A stretch of DNA of 20,000 nucleotides from Chiloscyllium plagiosum. Its lineage: Eukaryota. Shown here one piece after another: positions 1 through 10,829 of the stretch. The position numbers and the translations under genes are program-made. How positions within the stretch are numbered: position 1 is the stretch's first letter; every line of letters starts with the position of its first letter. The notes under the pieces are model-generated. The model saw only the letters and a list, made by a program, of their open reading frames with translations, ran no database searches and was not told where the DNA came from. The stretch covers positions 41,559,528 to 41,579,527 of the forward strand of contig NC_057728.1 in NCBI RefSeq assembly GCF_004010195.1. Direction: 5' to 3'.

Positions 1-757
1 AAATATTTCCAAATTCTTTAAGGGGCTGCGATCAGTATATACAATTGTCTCTGACACACTACTGGCAATGTTGCAATGCCAACACCAAACTCAAGGTTTC
101 CTTCCCAATTGTGGAGTATATCTGTTGATGATTATTCAATTTTCTGTAAAAATACCCAATAGGTTTTTCTATCTTCTTGTTGTCTTCTTGCAAGAGCACC
201 GCACCGACCCCCACAGCACTTGCAACAACTGCCACTCTGAATGGCTTTGCACAATTAGGTGTGGCTAACACTGGGACAGTGGTTAACAACTTTCAGGCTG
301 TCAAATGCCTTCAGACATTCCTCCATCCACTGAAAAGTTTCTGCACTTCTTCAACGAGTCAGTCAGTGGAGCAACCAGTCTGCTAAAATTCGGTACAAAC
401 CTTTTGCTAAAAACCACTCAGTTCCAGGAATCGTAGTACTGCCCTCTTCATCGATGGTATGGGCAACTCCCCAGTAGCGGTTGTTTTCAGATCCCATGGG
501 GCCATCTGTCCATGTCCAATGACATGGCCTAGGAATGTGACTTGCGATTTTTCGAACTCATTCTTAGCCAGGTTCATCACCAATCCTGCCTCCCAAAGTC
601 GATAGAAGAATTTCGATAGATCCTCCAAATGTTTCTTCAGTGAGTGACTAAAAATCACAATAAAAATGGGTAATCCTGAAATGACTTTATTAGTTAGTCT
701 TTGAAATGTGGCTGGTGCATTTGTCATACCAAGTGGCACGACTTTAAACAGGTACAG
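1..757 (-). pseudogene. Duplicated, decayed Gypsy RT C-terminus/RNase H fragment
   Basis: PLGMTNAPATFQRL (RT) and PFRVAVVASAVGVGAVLLQ...KETLSLVLALQH (RNase H), with the same stops and frameshifts as 15572-16328. Confidence 0.93.
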
Positions 758-889
758 GGAGAAAGTGAGGACTGCAGATGCTGGAGATCAGAGCTTAAAA
801 ATGTGTTGCTGGAAAAGCACAGCAGGCCAGGAAGCATCAAACGAACAGGAGAATCGACGTTTCGGGCATAAGCCCTTCTTCAGGATTCC
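758..889 (-). mobile_element. Penelope-like pLTR fragment (copy of the right arm and tail of the 15354-15571 element)
   Basis: Reverse complement reads GGAATCCTGAAGAAGGGCTTATGCCCGAAACGTCGATTCTCC...CCAGCATCTGCAGTCCTCACTTTCTCC. Confidence 0.85.
851..888 (-). ncRNA. Minimal type I hammerhead ribozyme motif, core intact
   Basis: GAAUC-CUGAAGA-A-GGGC UUAU GCCC-GAAA-C-GUC-GAUUC: conserved core, 4-bp stem II, perfect 5-bp stem I and a palindromic ACGU stem III. Confidence 0.8.
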
Positions 890-1099
890 ACATGCCTGGG
901 GTCACCGATACCTTGTTACTGTTCAGTAGAGGAACACCACAGGCAGGCAAGAATTTGGATAAGTCTAATTGTGCATTCTTATTGACAGCCAGCTAAAGGG
1001 CAAAGAGTGGACATAAGCACAGGCTGCAGTTCGCCCTGCAATGCAAACCAAATGCTGACATCTTGACCTTGACAGTCTGTGACTGTCTTGTGCGCCTGG

Positions 1100-1440
1100 C
1101 TTACACCCGTTGAAACCCACTGTCAATCAGGGCCTGACTGCCCTGTAGTGCCTGATGCATCTGAATTCTGTCATGCACAAGGAGAGCTTCCTCAAGTTCA
1201 AAGTCATCTTCCTCCTCCTCAGAAGACTGCACCTATTGCACTGGCTCCTCAGCATCTATCACATTGCCTCATTGCCTGCTGCAATTGTGCAGGACACAGT
1301 AGCCAATAAGACACAGCCCATAGTCTTCAGACTATACTGGAGCTCTCATTGACCAGTCCATGCTGTGGAACTGGACCTCTAAGTCCTATTGTCTGTCCCA
1401 CTACAGTCCCCTTCACAGCATGTTGAACCACCTTGATGAC
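1100..1440 (-). mobile_element. PIF/Harbinger (HARBI1-like) transposase C-terminal fossil
   Basis: Minus-strand translation across frameshifts gives VVGQTIGL..QFHSMDWS..LQYS....CVLHNC..Q*G....SSEEEEDDFE...ALIDSGF, resembling the Harbinger C-terminus (IE+TIG+LK.RFR.LD...LQY.P....CC.LHN plus acidic tail). Confidence 0.7.
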
Positions 1441-1589
1441 AGTGCTGCAATGGCTGGTAGAGTGGCCAATACAATCCATCAACAAGGAGTGTTTGCTGTA
1501 CTCTGACCTCCTTCCTATCCCAGATTTACATGAACCATTCCACTTCTCATTGCATTGATTTATCATCATACTTGTGCGATGTGTGTGCA

Positions 1590-2672
1590 TCGTAATTTTG
1601 CCAGTCTCTACCACTTCCTCTGACAGCTCTTTCCAAACACACAGCACCCTCTGTGTGAAAAAGTCGCCCCTTTTATATCTTTTCCCCTCTCCCCTTAAAA
1701 TCTATGTCCTCTAGTTTTGGACTTCCTTATCCTGGGGAAAAGACCTTGGCTATTCACCTTATCCAATGTCCCTCATGATTTTATAAATCCCTGTAAGGTC
1801 ACCCCTCAGTCTTCAGTGCGCCAAGGCAAACAGCCTCTCCCTATAGCTGAAACCCTCCAACCCTAGCAACATCCTTGTAAATCTTTTCTGTACCCTTTCA
1901 AGTTTAACAACATCTTTTCTATAGCAGAGAGACCAGAACTGAATGCAGTACTCCAAACGTGGCCTGTACATGACCTCCTATCTCCTATACTCAATGCACT
2001 GACCAATAAAGACAAGCATATCAAACACCTTCTTCACTATCCTGTCTACCTGTGACTCCACCTTCAAGGAACTATAAACCCACATCCCAAGATCTCTTTG
2101 TTTGGCAACAATCCCCAGGGCCCCATCATAAAGTGTACAAGTCCTGCCCTGATATGCCATTTCAAAATGCAGCACCTCACATTTATCTAAATTAAACTCC
2201 ATCTGCCACTCCTCAGCCCATTTGCCCATCTGTTCAAAGTGCTGTTGTACTCTGAAATACCATTCTTCACTGTCCACTACACCATCTATTTGGATGTCAT
2301 CTGCAAACTTACTAACCATAACATATAAATCATTTGTATAAATGACAAAAAGCAGTGGGCCAGCGTGCCACCAGTCTGAAAAACAACCCTCCTCCACCAC
2401 CCTCCTACCTTCACGCCAATTTTGTATCCAAATGGCTAGTTTCCCTCTATTCCATGTGATCTAACCTTGCTAATCAGTCTACCATGTAGAAGCTTGTCAA
2501 ACCCCTTGCAGAAATCCATATTTACAACATCCACCACTCTGCCTTCATCAAGCTTCTTTTTCACTTTTTCAGAAAACTCAAACAAGTTATTGAAACATGA
2601 TTTCTCTCACAAAAACCATGTTGATTATCCCTAATCAGTCCTTGCCTTTCCAAATACATTTAGGTCTTGTCC
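1590..2672 (-). mobile_element. CR1-clade LINE (HER1-like) ORF2 3' fragment, degraded
   Basis: ORF 1978-2400 contains GPLLFVIYTNDL, SKFADD, WAEEWQMEFNLDKCEVLHF and RDLG. Further C-terminal motifs are KTRGHRF and FFTQRV..WKELSEEVV. Confidence 0.92.
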
Positions 2673-3268
2673 TTCTTTGGAGAAACATTTAAGCACCAAG
2701 AAATCAATGTGCTTTGCCACTGAGGTTTATCCTTTCAGAGACCAGAGGGATAGAGAGAGAGTGCCACCTTCAGTTAGTCACAAATCCACCTCCTCGCTCC
2801 CCAATGCAAATACTTGAAATGCAGCCCTTTTGTGTATTCCTGTGAATGTGCTAATTGTTTCTAAGCTTGGATGATTGCAGGCATTATATCTCCAACATGC
2901 AAACCTCTCATAAAAGTGCAAATCGAATGAGAGGTGGAGGTTTTAGTCAGTTTTGATAAAAATGTTAATTTCAGTTTTGACTGCTTCTTGCCTAGTCAAG
3001 TAATCACTGAGGTCCCTTTTAAGTCTTGTTTTTTTAATTTTATATTTGAAACTATTTTCTCTCTGTTACCTGCCACCATACCCCCTCTGCCACTTGGCAC
3101 CTTAATACCCCTCATTTTCTGACAGTAGCAGATCAGCATGTGTTTAGACCTTTTAAGCTATGTTCCTTAATTGGAATACAACAATTATTGGTGTAAAAAG
3201 GAGGCACAACTATATGAAGATTCACTCCAATGCTGCTTGTATGGTTAACTGAATTGGATCTGTTGGGA

Positions 3269-3564
3269 TAGATTAGACTAGATTCCCTACAGTTTGGAAA
3301 CAGGCCCTTTGACCCAACCAATCCACACCGAACCCTCCGAAGAGTAACCCACCCAGACCCATTTCCCTCTGACTAATGCACCGATTAGCATGGACAGTTC
3401 ACCTGCCCTGCACATCTTTGGACTGTGGGAGGAAACCGGAGCAAACCCTCACAGATTCTGGGAGAATATGCAAACTTCACACAGACAGTCGCCCGAGGCT
3501 TGAATCGAACCTGGGACCCTGGCGCTGTGAGGCAGCAGTGCTAACCACTGAGCCACCATGCCGC
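3269..3564 (-). mobile_element. tRNA-derived V-SINE (HE1-like)
   Basis: Minus strand begins GCGGCATGGTGGCTCAGTGGTTAGCAC (A box) ... GGTTCGATTC (B box), then the V-domain CTCCGGTTTCCTCCCACAGTCCAAAGATGTGCAG, and ends in CTGTAGGGAATCTAGTCTAATCTA. Confidence 0.9.
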
Positions 3565-4967
3565 GTGGTGGAGATCTCAGGACGTCTGGAAAACCTTGAA
3601 GGTAAGTAGGCAACATTTTGTTTGGTCTGTGTTGAATTAGGAATTCTGCCCAGATTGGAAGAATTGTGCCACCTGTTGATCATTTAAAGGAGGAAGTTTA
3701 CAAATCCATATCTTTCATTGCAAGCCCTACTTTCTTTGGGTGGAATCTTCTGCTCACAGATTGCAAGCATGGACATGAGAGAGCATTTAATTGGGTGGTG
3801 TACCTAACTCCTGCTGCCTTCCTGCCTCTGCTTGAGTTGACATCTGGGCAAGAAGACCCATGGTTGAACCGCTGAGATCCCTAAGTGGTCAGGTAACGAC
3901 TTCTTACAGGTTTCAGCCTGCTGTCGCTTGGGTTAAAGGAGCTGTCAGTGGTCCTGTTGCCATGCAGTATGCAGCATTCATCATTTCCTCCAGGTAGCTT
4001 CTCACCTAGTGGGGTGGTGAGTCATTCCAAGGCAGTAAGCACCTGATCAAGGGACTCACTGAGCAGTGAGGTCCATTACCTTTACTTATACATAGATGCA
4101 CATGCGTGCATACAGGCACACATACAGATGCGCACATACAGCATTGGGCAGCACTTCCTTCCACTGGGTTCTACATCCAGGGGAAGGCCCACCGTGGGCT
4201 CACCATGCACTAATTGGCGTGTAGTTTGGAGAACTTCTCTTGGAAGAGTCAATATGGGTCACTTGCCTACAATGCAGCTACCCAGTTCAGACCCCAACTG
4301 TTCAGTATGATTCCGTCCCTTAACTCCATTGGCAAACAATTGTCCTTTTGCGTTGTATCAATTGTGTATTTTTCGGCACTTCAGTTGTTCCACGAAGCGT
4401 GGAATTTTATGCTACATATCTTGTAACAGACCTCCATGAACTGCGTTTAATCATAAAGTTGAAGGAATCTGGTGAGGCGGAGGCGTACAAAAATGTATTC
4501 CAGGCAAATTTTAAGAAGACTCGTGTCAGTCTTGTGACAAAAAACACTGTCATGTTTATAAATAGTACCTTTGTGACTCAACAATGCACAGAGAGGAAAA
4601 TGGTGGCTGGAATTACTCGTAATAGCACCCTGTGCCATATTGTCAGAATGAATGCATGTTTAAAATCCGCTACATCATGTGCAAAGTGAGACCTGGGCCA
4701 AGCAGTCAAGTGTTGAGTGAAGGCTTTGTTGTCTCTGAGCAGGGAATAAAAAGTCAAATAGAATGGGTCTTGATGGCCATAATGGAGTGCAAAATTGACA
4801 AGAAAGGTTTGGATGGAAACAGTGTAAAGTTGAAGTGCTTGGAAAGAATAAGTAAATGGAATTATTTGGTTATTAAATGTTACAACTTGCTGAATAGGCT
4901 GAGCTGTATGTCCACATTTGGCAGCACTTTCCCAAAGCTCAAAAAGCTCTGGGTTTGACCCTTTCAG

Positions 4968-5390
4968 CAACCAGTTGGTAGTGGTCTCGATTCTGAGTCA
5001 GAGGTTTATGGGTTCAAATCTTGGACACAGATTTCTAGAGGCCCCTGTGCAATAATGAGGGACTGCTACACTGTCACTGACGCATGAAGTGTTAACGTAA
5101 GGCCCCATCCCCACACTCAAGTGTATGTAAATATGGCGCAGTTTGTAAGGAAAGGAGAAGAATTATTCCTGGTATACTGGCCCTCAGTCAATTTCACAAA
5201 TAGATTAATCTGGTCACTATCATATTGCTGCTTGTTGGAGCTTAATGTGTGCACATTTGATGCCACGTTTCCAACATTACAACAATGATTACACTTCAAA
5301 AGTAGTTTGATGGTAAAGCACTTTAGGATATTCTGTGGTCATCAAAGGCCATGAGGCCAAAGATATCAATGCATATCTTTCTTTTCTTTT
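4968..5390 (+). mobile_element. Ancient DeuSINE (SacSINE1-like)
   Basis: tRNA-like head CAGTTGGTAG...CTGAGTCAGAGG..GGGTTCAAATC, then ATCTGGTCACTATCATATTGCTG...CATTACAACAATGATTACACTTCAAAAGTA...AAAGCACTTTAGGA, ending AATGCATATCTTTCTTT. Matches the recalled SacSINE1 consensus. Confidence 0.78.
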
Positions 5391-5411
5391 CTCATAACAG
5401 GAATTCAATGC

Positions 5412-5600
5412 TTAATCTAGATTGGCATTCCAGCACAGTTCTAAGGCACTGCTGCATTGTGAAGGTGGCAACCTTTGGTCAAGATGCCAAACCTGTTTTC
5501 CTCGTTCAGATTTATGTTAATGATCCTATGCTACTAATTGTGAGGAAGTGCAGAGAATCCTTCCACAGCCTTAAGTCTCCAACAACCAGCACCACTGAAC
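5412..5600 (+). mobile_element. Second, more degraded DeuSINE fragment
   Basis: AATCTAGATTGGCATTCCAGCACAGTTCTAAGGCACTGCTGCATTGTGAAGGTG...GATCCTATGCTACTA resembles the central Deu domain. Confidence 0.5.
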
Positions 5601-7210
5601 CATTTTTGTAAAGGGGAATACTGGTTTATAATGAGGAAATGTTTATTCCACTGTACTGCGGGATACCTAACAATCATTTGGTACAAGTGCTATTTAGCAA
5701 TAATGCACAAAAGGTTATAATGGTTTAACAGGCAACACTTTTCTCCGTCATAATGCATTTCTCCAATCTATTGCTTCTGTGTGTGAGGTTTTTTTCTCTT
5801 ATTTAAATTGAACGTTTCAACTCCGGGGTCCATTAAATTGGAAGGGTGTCTTATTTCAAGCGTAGGAAATGTGGAGGCTCACTCATACAATAGATGGAAA
5901 AGTTGGTGAGCCCAGCAACCATAGAGGGATGCCAAGCAGTCAATAAAAGGCAGCCTCGGGCTGGATACCCACCACTTGTTGCATGGTTGTTGGTTCCAGG
6001 TCTGAAGACATAAGTAGTTTTCTTGCAGATTTGTTGGAATAATAAAGTGGCAGAGTGTTGAGAACAAAATATGTGGCATTTTAAATAAATCCTAACTACA
6101 CAGCCTCTGGTCTTTGAGGTCATTTTGTACTGACAGAAAATTCCTTTTCCGTTAAGTATGATCAGAAGAGCTTCCAAAACTTTGCTTCAATGAAATTGAG
6201 GCAATGCAGCTATCACTGTGTGGTGTTGAATTTCATCCTCTGTTGCTCACACTGTAACACAACAGCACTGTTCAAACAATCTGAAGCATAGCATTTCTTT
6301 GTTTTTGATATAAATTAGTACAACGTGCATTTTGATTTTTGGTCTCACACAGTATTAAGCAATATACTTCAACAATACAAAATGACCAGAGGGGGTTGTC
6401 TGCGCAAATCCAGATCCTTTTGATGCAAGGAAACAAAGTATTTAAAGAGTTAAATATTTCGGAAGAAGCCAAAAAGCCAATAACTCTGACTACAACCTGA
6501 GGCACTTGTTAATAAGGTCTGTGACTTCAATTGTTACCAGCTTTCTGAGCGATGTGTAAATCCTGCCTTTTTTCATGAATGACAATTAGAAGTATATCAC
6601 ACTCAATCTGTTTTCCTGAAGCCATTCATAAAAATCAGATGGCGGAGCCTGGCCAGGAGTTTTCTGGGCCGGGGTGAGAAGGGTTGGGAATAAGCAGCAG
6701 TAAACTCTTGCCCCCTCCCTCTTCTGTGGATGCAGTCATCGATGGTCCATTTGTTGAGATTATGGGAGGATTGAGTGCTTTTTGGAGGGCAGCTGGTAAA
6801 ATTACTTTGACACATACTGGGCTCCGAGCCAGTGCTGGCCTTGATTCAGACATTGTCTTTCCCCTCATTGAACTGTCAGGACCTAATTCATGGAAAAAAA
6901 AAGTCAGTGAGCTGGCAGCTTTCTCAGAGTGTTTCTTTTAGCCACAGCATGCAGAAGTCAAATGAATTCAAACTGCGCAACCACAGCCATTCTTTCTCTT
7001 AGTATAACATTTCTTCTGATGTGAACAGATATGGGGATATACAGGTATTTGTAAGTTAGCAAGGAATGAGCGATGTGCAGGAAAGTGTTTGTGAAGGAAA
7101 AGCATTTTACTGTGAAATTAAGTATAGGGCGTTCCGTATTATGTTATACTTGACATGTTGGTATGCTTACAATTACGGAGAGTGAAAAACAGCATGAATA
7201 CTTGATGGAA

Positions 7211-7235
7211 TCTAACTGTAATTTGTTTCTTTCAG
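7211..7235 (+). promoter_or_regulatory. Branch point, polypyrimidine tract and 3' splice acceptor
   Basis: TCTAAC (7211-7216) followed by TTTGTTTCTTTCAG immediately before the exon. Confidence 0.85.
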
Positions 7236-7268
7236 CCACAGCAAGAGGTCCAGAAGAAGCCTGCTCAG
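7236..7268 (+). CDS. HMGA2: HMGA2 exon 4 (33-nt phase-0 coding microexon)
   Basis: ttcag|CCACAGCAAGAGGTCCAGAAGAAGCCTGCTCAG|gtaggg translates to PQQEVQKKPAQ. Human HMGA2 exon 4 is 33 nt and encodes PQQVVQKKPAQ (10/11 identical). AG/GT boundaries are canonical. Confidence 0.92.
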
Positions 7269-8837
7269 GTAGGGTGTGTTTTTATTGTATCATGAATCCT
7301 CAAATAAGGATTTAAGTCCAGAGATATCAGGAATAGGGAGGTGATGAGCCTGCATTGCTTTCAAAGTTGGAGTTAATAACAAGGACATGAGCTCATGTGG
7401 GTTTCCTAATCTCAGCTGTCTGAGGAAATAGTGATAAATTATATAAACATGGGGACTACATGGAAGTTCATGGAGGATAATGTAAATCTTACACTACATT
7501 CTGAGGAATCTCTTCATTTTCCATCTGTTTCCTCTACTGTTTCCTAACAGATGTCTTTACCATGTGGTGGTCTGGATCAGTTTAAAAACTTCTGATCTTG
7601 AAGTAGACTTTGGGGTTTCTAGAGGTTGCACATGCATGGCCCATTACTTGAGCCTTTTCTTATGTAGGAAGACTTGGTAACTGGAGTAGAAAGAGAGAAC
7701 TTGATCCATAGAACTGTAGTACCAGGTTCACATTCCTGTCAGTGTGGCGATGATTATCCAAATGCCTGGACAAGTCAGGAAGCCTCTTTATTGAAGTTAA
7801 CGTATCCAGCTTCTAAAGGAACATAACGTTCAGTTGAGAATCTGTCTGAAGCACACAGGACCCGAGCTGCATAATGTCTGCATTAATTTCAAAGCATCAG
7901 CATTACTACAATTTCTTGGCAATAAGCCATAAGCCATATTCCAGCACCAGCAATTCTGGTAAAGCCTCTATCGACACTCAGCATTTGTCTGCCATATTGA
8001 GAATTTCACTTGTCTTTTTTAATGGAACATTTTGTGCTGGTATTAGTGATCACTAATTTCTGCACACCAATGTACAGCTGTTGTTTTGTAGGCATTATTT
8101 AACGCACTTGGTGAACTGGCAAACTGTTCAATTATGATGTTCCTTACAGTCCATCTGTTCCTAACCAGAAGCCACACATGCACTTTGTAGCAAACATTGC
8201 TCGATGATATTTAGCAGCAGAGACCCTGGCATTTCCCTCCCAAGATATATCACACTGAAGCAAGTATCTGTTTATTGCAACTAAACAATTAGGGGTGCTC
8301 ACCTTTAGCATGTTTAGAACTGATTTGCCACCTTTGTGAATTTTGTTTAGCCAAATTGACACATGGAAATCCCATCACTACATCCAAGAGTCTCCAAAGA
8401 TTAGATTTTCTGTTTGTGCGATACAAAGTGCATACACACTCCCTGTAGAAACACAATTTGCCAGTGCACTATTGATCTTTCCCCAGCTTGACAAGCAGAG
8501 ATTATTCTAGTCATATGAGCACTGGCGTGCAGAGGTATCTGAATTAAACGCAAAGAATTATAAGTCCCCTGTGGCAGACCTGCCTCTCTCAAGGCTCCAT
8601 TAGTGAGCCAGTGTGGCTGGTCAAATATCAAAAGTGCCCTAAATCTTATTTACCTATTTACAGGGTCAAAAATAGAATTGTAGTCCATCTGGAAAGTCCC
8701 AAGTACTAATGTTTCTCAATCCCACTTAAATATGTATTTAATTTTCCCACATTATCGGTCTCCCTGGGCACTCCATTCCACATGTTCACATCCTTTAAAT
8801 ATAACCTGTTGGAAGTGCCTTCCTTCGAAGCTTGAGC

Positions 8838-9520
8838 CTATATAAAATCATGAGGCCTGGATAGAGTACATGGGGAAAGACACATTTTCCATTGCAGTGA
8901 GATCAATAAGCAGGGGACATAGATTTGAAGTAATTGGTAGTGTGATTAGAGTGGAGCCGAGGAGAAACAGTGTCACACAGAATCACTGTCTTAAAATCAC
9001 TGCCTGAAAGGGAAACAGAGGCACAAATTCTCATTGCATTTAAAACAAAATTCTTGGATATATACTTGAATTGCTCCACAAACATTACTACCCCCACCAC
9101 TAGTGGTGCGTCCCATCTACAAGATGCACTGCAACATTTCACAAATGCTCCTTTGAAACCCATGACCATTACCATCTAGAAGAACAAGAATGACAGACAC
9201 ATGGGAACACCACCACTTGCAAATTCAGCTCTACGCCACTCACTATCCTGATTTGGAAATATATCACTGTTGTTATGATGTCATTGGGATAATATCCTGG
9301 AATTCCCTCCCAAATGGGATTTTGTCTGTAGCTGTAGCACATGGAAATGTTGCAGTTCCATCAGGCAGCTCACCACCACCTTCTCGAGGGCAACTAGGAG
9401 CGGGCAATAAATGCTACACAGAGCGACATCCAAACCCCAAGGCCTCCCATGAGTGAATAAAAGAAAATCTGTAGGGTCTTAACCAAGAGCTTAAAAATGG
9501 GGTTTGGCTGGATAGCTCTG
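8838..9520 (+). mobile_element. Old CR1 LINE 3' end, interrupted by a second LINE tail
   Basis: YKIMR..DRV..., SRGHRFEVIG and SLPERETEAQILIAFKTKFLDIYL (8838-9070). 3'UTR-like sequence resumes at about 9468-9520. Confidence 0.7.
9075..9467 (+). mobile_element. LINE 3' end (CR1/L2-group) nested in the CR1 fragment
   Basis: CCATCTACAAGATGCACTGC...ACATGGGAACACCACCAC...TCCTGGAATTCCCTCCC (SWNSLP)...GCAGCTCACCACCACCTTCTCGAGGGCAACTAGG...GAGTGAATAAAAG terminus. Confidence 0.72.
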
Positions 9521-9693
9521 CCATTCAGGTTCCTTGTACACTTTCATCCTGCCAAACAGAAATAGCAATTGAGCTCTTTAGCTATAGGCCAAGATCTGGT
9601 CACCTTTCCTTTCTGCTGTTGCTCCTTAGATTCAATAAGTTATCCATCAGTACACCCAAACCATGCCTGTGCTTTTCTTTAGCCTAGAACTAT

Positions 9694-10690
9694 TATGACG
9701 ATACCATGGCTTTAAGAGGTATATTTTTTCTAGTTTGTTTTAATGAAGAAAAGTTGTGACAGAGGCTTTGAGCAGTCTATTTGAAAGTTAATAAAGCAAA
9801 CAGCCTTTGAGGTCTTGGGTGTTTTTTTAAAAGTGGAACAATAGAAGCAGCCTGAATGGGTGGGGTCAAGTTCCCACAGAACCAAGTATTATTTTAATTT
9901 TAGCCTTCTGTAGCAGTTACTGGGGTCTTGAAGCTCGGTATAGAAGCTTTTATTCCCCCCTCTGTTACAGCTAAAGGCTAGGGTTCGCTTCCTGCTGCTA
10001 GAATTGCATGTGAGGCAAATCTATTTTACTGAATTTATCTTTGCCACGAGTATATATAGAATTATATATAGAATCCCTACAGTATGGAAACAACCCTTCG
10101 GCTCAATGTGGGCACACCAACCCTCCGAAGAGTATCCCATTCCCCTATCCTCCTACTATATATTTATCCCTTACTAATGCACCTAATGTACACATCCCTG
10201 AACACTGGGCAATTTAGCATGGCCAATTCACCTAATCTGCACATCTTTGCATTGTGGGAGGAAACCGGAGTACCTAGAGGAAACCCATGCAGACACTGGG
10301 AGAACGTGCAGACTCTGCACAGGCAGTTGCCCAAGGCTGGAATTGAACCTGGGTCCCTGGCACTGTGAGACAGCAGTGCTTATCACTGAGCCACCGTGCT
10401 GCCCCTATGTTTATGGGATGTTACTATATTGGAACAGTCAATTAGTAGTAGTTAATCATATTTTATTAAGCATTTTGATAGAGTTACAGTTACGCCAATT
10501 CTTTTTTTCTTTTGTTTGCATTTTAACTATAGTATATGAATAAGTGTGTTTAGTTTCAAGCCTGTGAGCTTGACCAATCAAATTGCGTCCAGAACACAAT
10601 GCCTTATAATACCTTTTAAAATGGTAAAAGGTAGGGTCTAGACTATCGTCGTTAATATATTTTGAGGAAGTTTTGGTCTGGTCCATAACA
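9694..10690 (+). repeat. 5' LTR (contains a SINE insertion)
   Basis: TATGACGATA...TTTTGGTCTGGTCCATAACA; collinear with 16567-17191 once about 10054-10405 is removed. Confidence 0.9.
10054..10405 (-). mobile_element. V-SINE (HE1-like) inserted in the 5' LTR
   Basis: Minus strand GGGCAGCACGGTGGCTCAGTGATAAGCAC...GGTTCAATTCC, V-domain, and tail CTGTAGGGATTCTATATATAATTCTATATA. Absent from the 3' LTR. Confidence 0.92.
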
Positions 10691-10694
10691 AACT

Positions 10695-10712
10695 TGGAAC
10701 TCTTGTCAGGAT
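10695..10712 (+). promoter_or_regulatory. Degenerate primer-binding site (possibly tRNA-Pro)
   Basis: TGGAACTCTTGTCAGGAT, 4 nt after the LTR end, loosely resembles TGGGGGCTCGTCCGGGAT. Confidence 0.4.
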
Positions 10713-10829
10713 CAAAATCTCTCATTCCAGGTTGGGTTTAGGACTTGAAGGCAATGAGTGGTGAGTGTTGGTGTTCTCTTTTTAGGTGTTGAATTTATTT
10801 AAATTCAATAGGTTGTGCCCCTTGTACTA

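Larger units (their letters stand above)
1..889 (-). repeat. Inverted duplicate of 15440-16328 (runs off the window start)
   Basis: Position x is complementary to position 16329-x throughout. Reading by eye I found only 2 mismatches (832, 858). ORF pairs 59..289/16040..16270 and 407..739/15590..15922 have identical translations. Confidence 0.97.

Noticed and set aside
4088..4140. Alternating purine-pyrimidine tract with Z-DNA potential
   Set aside because: An ordinary decayed (CA)n-like microsatellite.
8740..8790. Short minus-strand CR1-like remnant (VNMWNGVPRE)
   Set aside because: Too short and degenerate to delimit with confidence.
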